A DNA stretch of 63,391 nt, the filler included, from Thraustochytrium aureum (lineage: Eukaryota): assembly GCA_012862495.1 (NCBI GenBank). It is 7 parts of 6 records of this genome, joined end to end, with 100 filler letters (N's around TTAATTAATTAA, not from the genome) between each part and the next. Parts side by side here need not be neighbours in the genome. Positions count along the whole stretch, not along the records: positions 1 to 31,642 come from BLSG01000223.1; 6 more parts are not named here. One strand, written 5' to 3'. This document shows positions 13,801 to 24,881 of this stretch, in pieces; the first letter of the stretch is position 1, and the number at the start of each line of letters is the position of its first letter. Under the pieces are notes generated by a model. The model saw only the letters and a program-made list of their open reading frames with translations, was not told the DNA's origin and ran no database searches. The position numbers and the translations under genes were made by a program.

Positions 13801-15201
13801 ATTGATTGGGAGGTACGAGACGAGGCCAGCCGAACCCAGGGCGGCGATCCAGTCCACCCTGGCGAAGAGACCGGACTTGGACAGGAAGTGGAGCGCATTC
13901 CAGTCCTCCGAGTCGGACTGCTGCAGCAATTTGAACCGCTCTGCCGCGTCCGTTTGCGACTGAAGGAGCGTGCAAAAGACTCGGGCGTGGCTATCGGTCG
14001 CCCCACTGGCGGCAAGCATGAGAGCTGTGTGCCTATGCCGCGTAAACTTTGCCAAAAAGTCAAAAGCGCAGTCGTACGACAGAATAAGGTTGACCATTTC
14101 GATGTCGCCGAGGCCGCACGCAAGAATCAAGGCGTTCTCATCGTTGCCTGGCGACCTTGCGCGAACAAAGCTGGCGCGCGCCTTCGCGGTGGCCTCTGCC
14201 GGCTCAGTCAACGCGGTGGGGCGCGCTTTGACGCTGCGGATCACCGCTCGTGCGATTTCGACGCGCGTCGAAGACGTTGCTTTCACGAGCAGCATGAGGC
14301 TCGACTCTCCGAAAGAGGTTCGTTCATTTACGTCGATTCCCTCGACAGCCAGAAGTTGCTCAACTGCGTTCTTGTCGCCGCGATCGCAGGCTGCGTGAAG
14401 GAGCGTGCGGCCGTTGCGCTGACTGCGAGAGTTGATGCTTGCGCGACAGGCGTCGCTGAGTTGAAGCACGCCGAGAGTCAGGTAGTTGTTCATCGCTTCT
14501 TCAATATCCGGGCTGGCATGCGCGTCGCCGATGAGCCTGAGGTGCGCCTGCTCACTCGGGTCACGGTCCGCTACGTCGATCAGATACGGGAGAAGAGTGA
14601 CGCCCCGTGGCGTCAGGTCTTCCTCGATGAGGTCGCCCTCTTGAACGACCATAGGCTTGACAAGGCAGGCATTCGTCAGTAGGGAAACTCTGACCCTCGA
14701 CGCGAACGCCGATGCTGCGTCCTTTGCTGTCTGTAGTGTGGCATTGTAGTCCAGCCCGCACACAAACAGCTCGCTCATCCCGCTCCGCAGTAGCACAATT
14801 CCAATCGCGCCGATCTTGGACTCGAACGAGTCTGTCTCCTCATCTGCGGTTGGGAACATTGAGACGCGCTCCTCGCGCGGGTCGGTCCCGAATTCCCAGA
14901 CCAAGTCCCAGGGCCCCCTTTCAACCCCTTGGTGAAGGGCCGCACCGGGCGTATGCCGCACGCATCGCTCTTCCCTCACGCGGTGGTCTTCCGTGTGCGA
15001 GAGGGACACTACATGTTCCGAGTTGAGGCCAGGGTGGCTTCCGCGGAAAGAGCAGTGGTTGGGGGGATGTGCGACCACGCCGAGCACCACGACGTCGACC
15101 TTTCGCCTCGCCTGATTAATCACGCACACTACCTCGGCTGCCTTTCCTGGTTCGTCGGCGGCGACGTCAACCTGCGCGCCGACAACCAGTAGCACCCGCA
15201 T
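7860..15201 (-). CDS. Giant TRP-type cation channel: degenerate nicotinamidase/isochorismatase-like domain, ankyrin repeats, Cys/His Zn finger, WD40 repeats, 6-TM TRP domain and C-terminal coiled coil (gap 13126-13414; frameshift near 9078)
   Basis: ATG 15201 MRVLLVVGAQ...HPPNHCSF...CVRHTPGAALH...GTDP...LFVCGL. ANK: GRTLLHAACDRG, GYTPLHLAVA. WD40: GHSDIVTCL...SGSMDSTLRIW, GHSGCV, GHTDPI. TRP: IIKFKW, YVRDIWNVL, LLNLFIAILSSSYEKV, EFWRLRAKI. Removing one A in CCCGAAAAGC joins ORF 8770-15288 to ORF 7860-9122. Confidence 0.85.
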
Positions 15202-16398
15202 GCTTCCGAACCCGCAAGTTTGCGCAGCCGCCGCGACAAGAGCGCGACAAGAGCACGACAAGCAAACCACGCTGGACTCGTCAGCCACCGCGTCCCGACC
15301 GCCGGCGCCTTCCTTATTGTGAACTAGGGCGTGAGTTCTCGTCCGCGCCTAATCTGCTGCCACAACCCTGCTTCCGCGGGGCGGGGCGCCGGGGGCGCGA
15401 GAGTCACTTCCGAACGTTGCTCGCGTTGTGCGTCTGGAGATCTGGCGCGTCTAAAGACAGCGAGCGTTCTTTTTGGTTGCACGTTGCTCTCCTCCATCGA
15501 GAGGCGTCCTCGACGCGCACTTTGTGGCGGTCGGTCTGCAGCGCGATAGCAAACTATTGCACAGCACTCACACCGAGAGAGGCGCGCTCGGTCTGCGGAG
15601 ACCTCTTAATTTGCGCCGACGCGGCGCAAGATCGGCTCGGAGACCGTCAGCCAACTATTGATGGCAGCCGTTGGCACCCTCGAGCGAGCTGCACGTTTGC
15701 CTTCGAGGGCCTTGCCCTGCTGCCGATCTTTGCATTGTCATAAAACAAACCCAGTGAAATGTTGCAACGGTTTCACCGGTAACATCCCGCCCCGCTTCCG
15801 CGCATCATGCATGCATGGCATTGGCGCTCCACTCAGTGAGCAAAGCAGGGGTACTCCTGAATGCTGCGAGTGATTCCAGCATACATAGGTGGGTCAGCGG
15901 ACCAGACTGGGGCGCTCGTGCCGTCGAAGAAGTCGAGCTGCCTGGATTATAACCCACTCCACAAACACTCCTCCGAGCATGGTGCTGCGTCAGGGTGATC
16001 AAGTGCTCTTGCAAGAGGAATGCTCCGCTCCCATTGCCAACTCAGCACAACGCAGCATAGGCCAGCAAGCATCCCGATTCGTGTGCCAGAAACTCTTCCA
16101 AGGAGTCCTCCAAGCGCACACGCGCGCGACGGCGAGAGGTTCGAGTGAGTTGATCGCCAAAGGATAATGCGCCAGTCGGCCCACAAGGCTCGCGGGAAAA
16201 GTCAGATTGCTGGTCCAAGCAGGATGGCTGCGAGTCTGCCTTTGAAAAGAGGCCCGGCGACACATGGTCGCGGACGGCGAGGACAACCTTTTCATGTTCA
16301 AAGGTTTCTGTAGCGCGGGCGGCACGGAGCGTCCCACGAGTCGATGCTCAAGGAGAGCGCAAGGAGAGCGCGAATCGATGATCTACTCCACCCCGTGT

Positions 16399-16430
16399 GG
16401 GTGGTGGTGGTGGTGGTGGTGGTGGTGGTG
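16399..16430. repeat. (GGT)n microsatellite
   Basis: About 10 tandem GGT units read directly. Confidence 0.95.
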
Positions 16431-16683
16431 ATGACGGGAGCAACGCAAGGCTAGTGCAGGCGAAGCTGAGCAGTGGGAACGAAACGCGGAGCAAGGCAGG
16501 TTCTTCAAACGCGCATTGCCCAACCTTACTCCATTTCATTTCGTGCAAATCTGAACTGAATCTGCAGCAGGGCTCTAGAAGGACGCTTGCCTGCAAATGG
16601 AGCCTTACAAATAGAGCCTTGCCGGCAGCACCGCTTGGTTCGCGTCCCGCCACTGTCCAGAACAGCGCATTGTCTTTCATGAA

Positions 16684-19600
16684 TTAGTAGAGCCCATCTT
16701 GCGGGTTTTCCACGCGCGAGATGGCGAATGTGGTGAACGAGCCACAGCACAACGTCTGGATCGACGCGCCCACAAGCGAGGCCACAGCGCGCGGCAGAGC
16801 GGTGGCGGCTGTGGCGTCCTTTGCTCGGTCTGTGTTGCCCCACACATAGACGTTGCGCGCGTCGGTTAGCGCAACAGTGTGGCTCCCGCCGCACGAGACA
16901 CTGATCACTTGGATGTCTGCCCCCCAGCGCCCTAGGGACTCGACTTGACGAGGCCCCACCACACCCTCGAGCGTGCCATGGCCAAGCTGGCCCTCCGCGC
17001 CTCGTCCAAAGGTGAACACCTCGCCCTGCTCGGTGACTGCCGCGCTGTGGGAGCGGCCTGCCCCAACCGCGACGACACGGCTCGCGATGTCTACGACTGG
17101 GCGAGGCTCGGCGTTTGGTTCGTCAAATACCTCAACCCCGTATCCAAGCTGGCCCTCGCTGCCGTTTCCCCAAGCATGCAAGGCACCGTCGCCAGTGATC
17201 GCTAGCATGTGCTCGGCGCCTGCCGCGATCGACTTGACGACTTGGCACCCCGCGATATCAACTTGCGAAGGGACACTACAGGCCTCGTCGGTGCCGTTGC
17301 CCAGCTGGCCGTAGTCGTTTTCGCCAAAGGTGAAGAGACGGCCTTCGCGCGTCACGATCGCCGTGAAAGCAGCCCCGCACACGACCTCGATAGCAAAGAC
17401 GCTCTTAAGGGCGTACACCAGCCTCGGCTCGTGCAGTGAACCTGTCGCGTCGTTTGGGTCAACCTCGACGTGATACATCCAGTCGCCAGCCTCACTCTCG
17501 TAAAGTGAGCTCGGGGGGCTAGCACCAGTGACGCGCGTCAACTCGTCTTTGGTGGAGGCAGCGCCTGGCGACGCTGAGGGTTCGACTGCCTCACTCGCGC
17601 CCGGTCTTGGCGGTCGGGCTTGCTCACTTGCCCCTGCTTCATCGGACTCGGCAGTCGCGTGGTTCTCCTCGGCAATGTCGTCGAGAGCGGTGGCAAAGCT
17701 GCGCACCGAAAGGCGCTGCGACCCTGAGAGCTGCTGCATCCTCAAAAGCCGCTCGGAGGGCTTTGCCGTCTCGAACGAGAAAGCCTCGCCTTCCACCACG
17801 ACGCGGACGTTTTGGGGTCGCAGAAAAATGCCATGGTCAGGTCTTGCAGAGAAATAGCGTTTGCCATTGACCTGGCCATCGTTCTTGCCTTCGGGCTGGT
17901 CAAGCTCAACTCCCACCCACAAGCCTGGCGCGAAGTCTGTGAACCCGACGAAACGGATGACGCCACAGTCAAGCTCGCGCTTGGACACAATGTGGACTCG
18001 CCTTCCAACCTCGAGCTTTCGCTTCGCAGAGGACGACGGAGAGCCCAAAGGCTCCACGAGCTCAAATCCCGTCATTTTTGCAGAGTCGTCCTTCGCCTCC
18101 TCCTCGCCGTTCCCGTCTTCCGCCAAAGCGGAGTCCAACTCGCCTAATAGAGGCGCGGATTTCGGGGATGCTGCTCCCGAGCCCCCCTCCGTATCCTGCG
18201 CTATCTCGTCGAGCTCTGCGACGATGTGCTTGTGGAAGAGCATTAGCTCTGGCGACATGTTTCCGCGGCGCCGCGGAGGCTGCTTGCCCGACTGCTTCGC
18301 GGCAGTCAACGACGCGGCACGTTGCTTGCTCGCGAGTGCGCCGATACGGCTGGCTTGCGCCGGGACGTTTAGCTGTGGGAGGCTGGCACATTTGTGCACA
18401 GCACTTGAGCGCTCGCTGGCGACCACGCCACTCGCAGACGAGACAATCGACTTGAACAGGTTCCTGACNNNNNNNNNNNNNNNNNNNNNNNNNNNNNNNN
18501 NNNNNNNNNNNNNNNNNNNNNNNNNNNNNNNNNNNNNNNNNNNNNNNNNNNNNNNNAATGAAGGACTTGCTCGTTCCACTTGCGGCGTTTGCCCGTTCCG
18601 TTCCCGGCACCCGGCCCTTTGCATCTGCTGATCCGAGCGGCACGGCGTCGACTTTGACCTTGGCGTGGTGCTGCTCGATGCCCTCCTGCGCGCTCTTGTC
18701 CCGCTCTTCCTCCTCCCCGTCGTCTTCGTCGCTGCTTCCTGTGGCATCCCCAACATAGTTGGACGCGTCAACTATTCCTTCAAGCGAGTTGGGGCTGGCT
18801 CTGGCCAACTCTGTCGTCGTCGACGCAGTTGACGACGTCCAAACGGAGTCGAGCCCGGACGATAGAGTGCTAATCGTGTGGGCCGAAACAGTCGTTGGCA
18901 GCACCGGGGCGGGGCTCGTGTCTACTGCAAAGTAGAACGGGTTTGCCTCTGGATTCCGGCTCGAGAAAGGGTTGCCCTCAGATTCGTGCCGCCGCGGGCT
19001 GCTTGCAAAACTGGCGGCAAGCTTGCGAGCCCAATCAGGCCACGCTGAATTGCATCCAGCGCTGTCACAGCCGGCCTGAGAATCCGGGCGAGGCTCTTCT
19101 GCGCCCCCCTGGTTGTGCTTGGCTTGCTGCTCTTGCGCGGCAACGGCCACCGGTTCCCTCGAGCAGGATTCCGTCGAGTCCTGCGAGTTCCTCGCACGCC
19201 CGCAATGCACATTGCAATGCTCCCCGCCTAGGCTCTCCTCGTCCTCTGCCGAGGAATTCTCGCGGTCCGGCTGCGATGCCTGGGACGCCGCAGCTGGCGC
19301 GCGTTGCTGGCTTGCGAGCTTGCACGCCTCTGGCGCTCCCGCGACGACGCGCGGTTCACCGGGGACCTGGTCAACGGCAGAGAACGGGTTTTCGCTCCAT
19401 GAAGCCAAGGAGCTCGAGTCCCTGCGGCCCTCATACGGATTCGATCCGAGCGAGCTCGAGTCCAGATCACTGTTTCTAAACTCTTGCACTGCCCAGGGCG
19501 GCCACGCGCTGATCTCCTCGATCTGGTCGTCAAGGAGGCAGTCGTCGTCTCCGCTGAGCTGCTGGGGGCGTTCCCTTTGCTCGAGGCTTTGTTTGGGCGA

Positions 19601-21726
19601 CTGCGGACACGACGTCGGAGACTGGTCTGGCGTTGGCGAGGCCAGCCCGCGAAAGCTCCGCGAGTGGTCAGCGTAGTCGCTTACGTCGCTGCCTCGGCGG
19701 CTCAGAGTTTCGGAGAGGTCGGACCCGCGGTTCGCGCGCATGGACGCATTCGCGACGCAAGCCTCGACCTGACCAAGGTCGAGCCTGTCTTGCTCGACTT
19801 GGTCGCTGTCATGGCCACTACCTGTCTCGAACATGATTGCGTCGCTCGCGTTGAGCTCTGAAGCGCTTGCGAAGTCGCCTATGTCGCGCACTGCGGTCGA
19901 CGCGACCTCGCGGCGCAGCTGCAGTCCGGAGACCCCGCCAGCGGCATCCATGTCGCCCCACACGTAGACCTTGCCATCGGAGGAAACGGCCGCAGCGTGG
20001 GCGTCGCCGCACGAGTGTGTGCTGATGCGAATCTCTCGGTCGCAAAAGTACATGATCGGGCGCGGCATGCGATCGTGCCGCGCCTGCTTGCCGTTTCCAA
20101 GGCAGCCGTCGGCCGCTTTCACCAAACGACAAGAGATCTCCGTCGCTCCCCAAAGCAATTGTGAAGGAGTGCTCGATGTGGGCCTCGAGAAAGCGTGGCT
20201 GCTCAACGCGCTCAATGTTGTAGGCGATGAGGCGGCCGTCCAGAACGGGGTTGCGCTGGCCATCTCCAAAACGGAACGTCCGCGAGGTCTCCGCAAGGAA
20301 TCGCGACGCCACGATGCGCGCGTCTAGTTCGCTGAGCGAGCCGAGAGAGAGCTGGGAGAACCCAGACACGCTGCCGCACTTTAGCCCAGACGAATGCGAG
20401 CGCGAGCTTACCCCGCTCGAGCGGGACGCGCCGCTAGCAGCTGAGCGCGAGCTCGGCTGCTGCTGGCCAGCAATACCGCTTCTAGGTGAGTTGAAGCCGT
20501 GGCCCTTGCGGCTTCGCGGCGTCCCTGTGGAATAGTAGACGACCGAGTGCCGCTCGAGGGCAGAAGCAGACACTCGTTGCGCAGTGCGGCGACGTCGACA
20601 GACCGAACGAGGACCCGCGCTCGCGCGTTGCCAAAGCTGCGTGCATCGGCGAGCCCAGTTCGTACCCAGATGATACGCGAGGCCGCCCTGGGCTTGTCGT
20701 TTGTGGCTCGATACTGGGGGCAGAGGCGCCGTCGGTCCCCGAGGCGGACCTCTCCCGCCGCGCGCGGACACCTCTATCGCCATTGCTGTGCTCCGAAGCG
20801 CTGGCCTCTCTTTCGGCGCTGAGCTCCGAGACTTGCTTGGAGCGAATGTAGCAAAGCGCGTCTCGCTCGGCGTCTTGCGCCTCGACCCCAATGACTGTCT
20901 CTTGGATTGCAGACCACAGCTGGATGCGGTGCTGCACAGCTGGACGGTTGCAGAGCTGGTCCATGGTCGGTCTGTGACTTTCGTCAAGATCGAGCAGAAT
21001 CTGGACAACGTCTTGCAGCGCCTTGGCGTTCGGGCAAGTAGGTGTTGGCATCTCCTCATATTTTCCACGGGTGATCGCGAGTACCAGGGAGGGAATGTTG
21101 GATCCCGAGAACGGCTTGCGCAGCGTGAGGAGTTCGTAGAGCACGCAGCCGAGGGCCCAGATGTCGGACTTTGCATCATAGCGGCGCCCCTCGCAGAGCT
21201 CGGGGGAGAGATAGTAGGGCGTGCCGACGAGCGTGGCGGCGAGGTTGTGATTTGCTCGGAGGACCTTGGCGATGCCAAAGTCTGCCAGTTTGACGACACG
21301 GCGGCCGTGACCCCAGAGCAGGATGTTTTGCGGCTTGATGTCGCGGTGGAGTATATTTTGCTGGTGTACGTACCGCAGCGCTATGCATACCTGCGCAAAC
21401 CACTCCCAGACTTGTTCTACAGGTAGGGGCTCTTTCGCGGAGCTCAGGATGGTGTGCATCGACCCGCCTGCGGCCCACTCCATGACGATGTGCTGCGTGT
21501 TGCAGTCCACGAAGGAGCCGACGTACTGGATAATATTCGGGTGGTTGAGGTCGGCGAGGACCTTGACCTCGTTGACGATGTCCTCTTTCTCTTGGTCGCT
21601 CATGTTGCCCAGGCTATTCAGCATCGACTTGAGCACTAAGAGGCGCCCGTCGCTTTTCCTTCGAACGAGCTTGCAGGTCGCGAACGCACCGCGCCCAATA
21701 GTGTCATACTGCTCAAACTGGTCCAT
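16684..21726 (-). CDS. NIMA-related kinase (NEK8/NEK9-like) with RCC1 repeats and a CAP-Gly domain (frameshifts near 20590 and 20110; gap 18469-18556)
   Basis: Kinase motifs GRGAFA, LVLK, HPNII, ILHRDIKPQNI, DFG, VGTPYYLSPELCE, KSDIWALG. RCC1 repeats (FGENDYGQLG, GRGAEGQLGHG, SCGGSHTVAL). CAP-Gly WVGVELDQPEGKNDG. Confidence 0.8.
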
Positions 21727-22277
21727 CGCGCGCGCTCGCGTGCCTGCGCGGCCTGGCGCGCTCGAGGGACCTGGTCGCAAGTGCCGCTAGCACGAGTTGG
21801 TTTGACCCGACCGCCGGCGCTATCCGGTTCGCAGCGCTACCTCTGGTGCCAGCAGCAAACTGGCGTCTCCCTCGACTGCGCTGCTGCGCGCGCGAAGGGG
21901 GTCTGCGCGCGCGCGAGTCCGGATGGTGGCATTACCTAGCATCATCAGAGGTGGAAGAGTAGGTAAGGAAGGACTGGTGAGTACCGTTGCGTGGCAAATA
22001 GATCCGTTCTCGAAGACGGACCAGAGCTGTGAGTTTTGTGACATCCTGGCCACGGACGCGTCCGCAGGCTTGCGACGCGTAAATCGCATGGCCAGGAGCA
22101 CGATGCCGCAGGCCCCTGGATTTCGATTGTTGGGTTTCATCATATAAAAAAATTACGTAGGATGGGATGCGGGTCGAGCTGGATGGACGCTGGCCACCAG
22201 CGCCTGCCAGCTCACATACAAGGGGCTCGCTCAACAAGCGCCCTCGTAGAAGGCGGCGCGATGCATCGGTCATTCAT

Positions 22278-23124
22278 TCAAGAGGAGATCCGGAGCATCG
22301 CGTGCGGCGCCGAGCCCGACTGCGGCGTGGGCGAGGCCCCAGATGAGGACGAAGGCGGGGATGGCGTTGATGAGGATGACGACGAGGCGCCTGGCTGCTG
22401 CGATGGAAGAGATTTGAGAACCGAGACGAGCTGGCGCGGCTGTCCAAGGACTTGAGAGGCGTCGGACTTTAGCAGAGCCTGACTGGTCGCAGCTGCATAC
22501 ACGCTTCCAGGAATCGGGGCAGCGAGTGCCCTCTGCGACGAGTCCACAGGTTGCGGGTTGCGCTTCTCTTCCACAGAGGAGGCCTCGTCCTCGTCGTCCA
22601 GGTCGCCCTCGTCGGCACCCTCGTCGCACAGGCCATCACTATCGCCGCCCGGCGCCGGCGCTGCGGCACCGCACTGCTGACTTGAAAGGTGCGAGCGTAA
22701 AATAGCAAGGCGGACGTTGTCGCAGACTTTGGCCTGCGCACCCAGCAGCGCCTCGCCAATGGCTGTTTGGCGCTGCAGCACGGCAATGAGCAAGGGCGAT
22801 CGTCCGGCCCGGTCGGTCAGGTTGACGTCCGCGTTCGCGGCGAGGAGAGCCTTGACTGCCGGTAAGCTGCCTCCGTGCACCGCCCAGGCAAGCGCCGTGC
22901 GCCCGCTGGCGTCGCGCAGGTCGAGCGTGGCCCCAAGCTCAATAAGCGCGCTGAGGCAGTCTACGTGATTGTTGGTGGCTGCAGCCATGAGCGGCGTGAC
23001 CCCACACGAGTCGCACATGTCGATGCGGCTCCCGAAGCGCGCCAGGACACGAACGCAGGCGGTGTGCCCACTGAGCGCGGCGTAGAGCATGTGCGTGAGG
23101 CGGTGCTTGTTGTGAAAAGTGTAG
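22278..23124 (-). CDS. Ankyrin-repeat protein (5' part lost in gap)
   Basis: Four ANK repeats: LYAALSGHTACV, GVTPLMAAATNNH, GRTALAWAVHGG, GRSPLLIAV. Acidic and Ser/Pro-rich tail. Confidence 0.8.
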
Positions 23125-23144
23125 NNNNNNNNNNNNNNNNNNNN

Positions 23145-23473
23145 ACGTCGGCCTTCCACAACATGCCTTGGTCGTCCGGGGTACCCGCGCTGTTGGACAG
23201 AATGGCCACATTTGCCTCGCCAAACTCTTCGACGCACCGCCGCACCGAGTCGGCGACGCCTTCGTCGAAGAGCCCTGGTGCGTAGGGCGCCGTCAGCGTG
23301 TTGTCCTTGTCGAAAACGACAAACCTCGTACCTGGCTCGCCCCACTCGCCTCGCACTTTGCCCCAGTCGACCTCGCGCACCGATGACACGACCTTTCCGG
23401 GCAGCGCGAGCCGCGGCTGTCGAGCGACGCGACCAAGCACGCGCAATGCAGCCCAGTTGATGCTCTGGCCCAT
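23145..23473 (-). CDS. GEP4: Mitochondrial phosphatidylglycerophosphatase Gep4/YqeG-type HAD phosphatase (3' part lost in gap)
   Basis: MGQSIN start, HAD motif VVFDKDNTLTAPY, and AILSNSAG motif typical of the PGP phosphatase family. Confidence 0.85.
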
Positions 23474-23880
23474 TATTTCTCCTGCCCACAGACGGAAGCA
23501 GGTCCCAGGCCTCCAAGCGCGGCCCGAGCCGGTCGTCGGGCAGCGTGCTGCGGCGCCAGCTTGTTCTGCGCCAGCAACCTGACGGGCAGGGAGCTGCCCA
23601 CTGCCACGTTGGCTTCGCGCACAGGCAGGACCACTCGTGTAAGTACGACGAAGTCAGGAGACTATGTAAGTGGAGGTGACTCGGACTCGCTCGAGTGGTG
23701 CAGCGAGCACAGACTCGAGGGGCACTCTGTGCGTTGGCAGGCCTGCATGAGTGCACTCGACAAGGGTTGCGGCGCCGCGCTGAGCGCAGCCGCTGCGCCG
23801 CGCTGGCGACCAACGCGATGAAGGCAAAGTTGTTTCATTTACTCGAGCGCTCGCCCGGCCCGGTGTCGAGCTGGAGCTAG

Positions 23881-24881
23881 CTACTTGGTGTCATCGTAAA
23901 ACTTGCGTGCGGCGGCGTCCATGGCCTCGCTCGGCGCCTCGACGCCCGTCCACAGCTCCATCTGCTTGAGGCCCTGCTGCACGAGCATGTCGATTCCCTC
24001 AAAGGTCTGGCAGCCGCAGTTTCCTGCCTGCACCAGCAACGTGGTGCGCCGCGGCCGGTACGCGGCGTCAAAGACCACCGGCTTGTACGCTGCAAGCGCG
24101 GCTTCGTCGGGCATGCGGAACTCGGCCGAGGCAGGCACCGTGCCGATGATGGCATCCACAGGCCCCAGCTCGCTCAAATCGGTGGCCACAGTGCCTCCAA
24201 AACGGTCCGCGACGCGTTGAGCCTTGTCGTGCGACCGGTTGTACACGACAAGCTCGAGGCCGAGCTGCTTGACGCAATAGCTCGCGGACAACGCGGTGCC
24301 GCCCGCGCCGACGACAAGGGCGCGCCCGTGACGCTGGCCAGCATCGGCGCGCTGCTTGAGAGGCGCCTCGAGCAGGCGAAAGATGCCGACCCAGTCCGTG
24401 TTGTCCCCAACGAGTCTCCCGTCTTGGGTCTTGATGATGGTGTTTACTGCCCCGATCGCCTGCGCGGCCTCGGAGAGCGAGTCAAGGAACTGGGAAACGA
24501 TCTCCTTGTGGGGTATCGTGACCGAGGCGCCTCTAAAGCGAGAGCTCGAGAGGACTGCGCGAAGGTAGTCGACGTGAACCGTGTCACACAACGTGTAGTG
24601 TTTGCAGAGTCCCAGTGCGCGAAAACCGGCGTTGTGCATGGCCGGCGAAGGCGACAGCTGGATCGGGTGGCCAAACAGGCAGTAGTGATCCGGCATTGGT
24701 GCCCCGATGGCGGCGCACAGCTCGACCACTGCTGCGGCCGGCCTTTGCGGGCTGACGAGCAAAGGGCCCAGCGACGAGGCGCACAGCGCGGTAGCTAGGG
24801 CCGCGGATGCAGCGACGACCTCCCCCGCGTCGGTCGGAGCAGGCTCGACAATGATTGCCATCCCTGGCGCAGCGCCGGCCA
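23881..24881 (-). CDS. Shikimate dehydrogenase (AROM-like SDH domain); the 5' region extends into gap 24882-25819 and possibly to ATG 25973
   Basis: LFGHPIQLSPSPAMHN, GASVTIPHK, IGAVNTI, GDNTDWVG, VGAGGTA, YNRS, GIDMLVQQG motifs. Confidence 0.9.

Noticed and set aside
15202..15288. ORF-track start at 15288 for the TRP gene
   Set aside because: It is a GTG. In a eukaryote the first ATG (15201) coincides with the start of the PncA-like domain.
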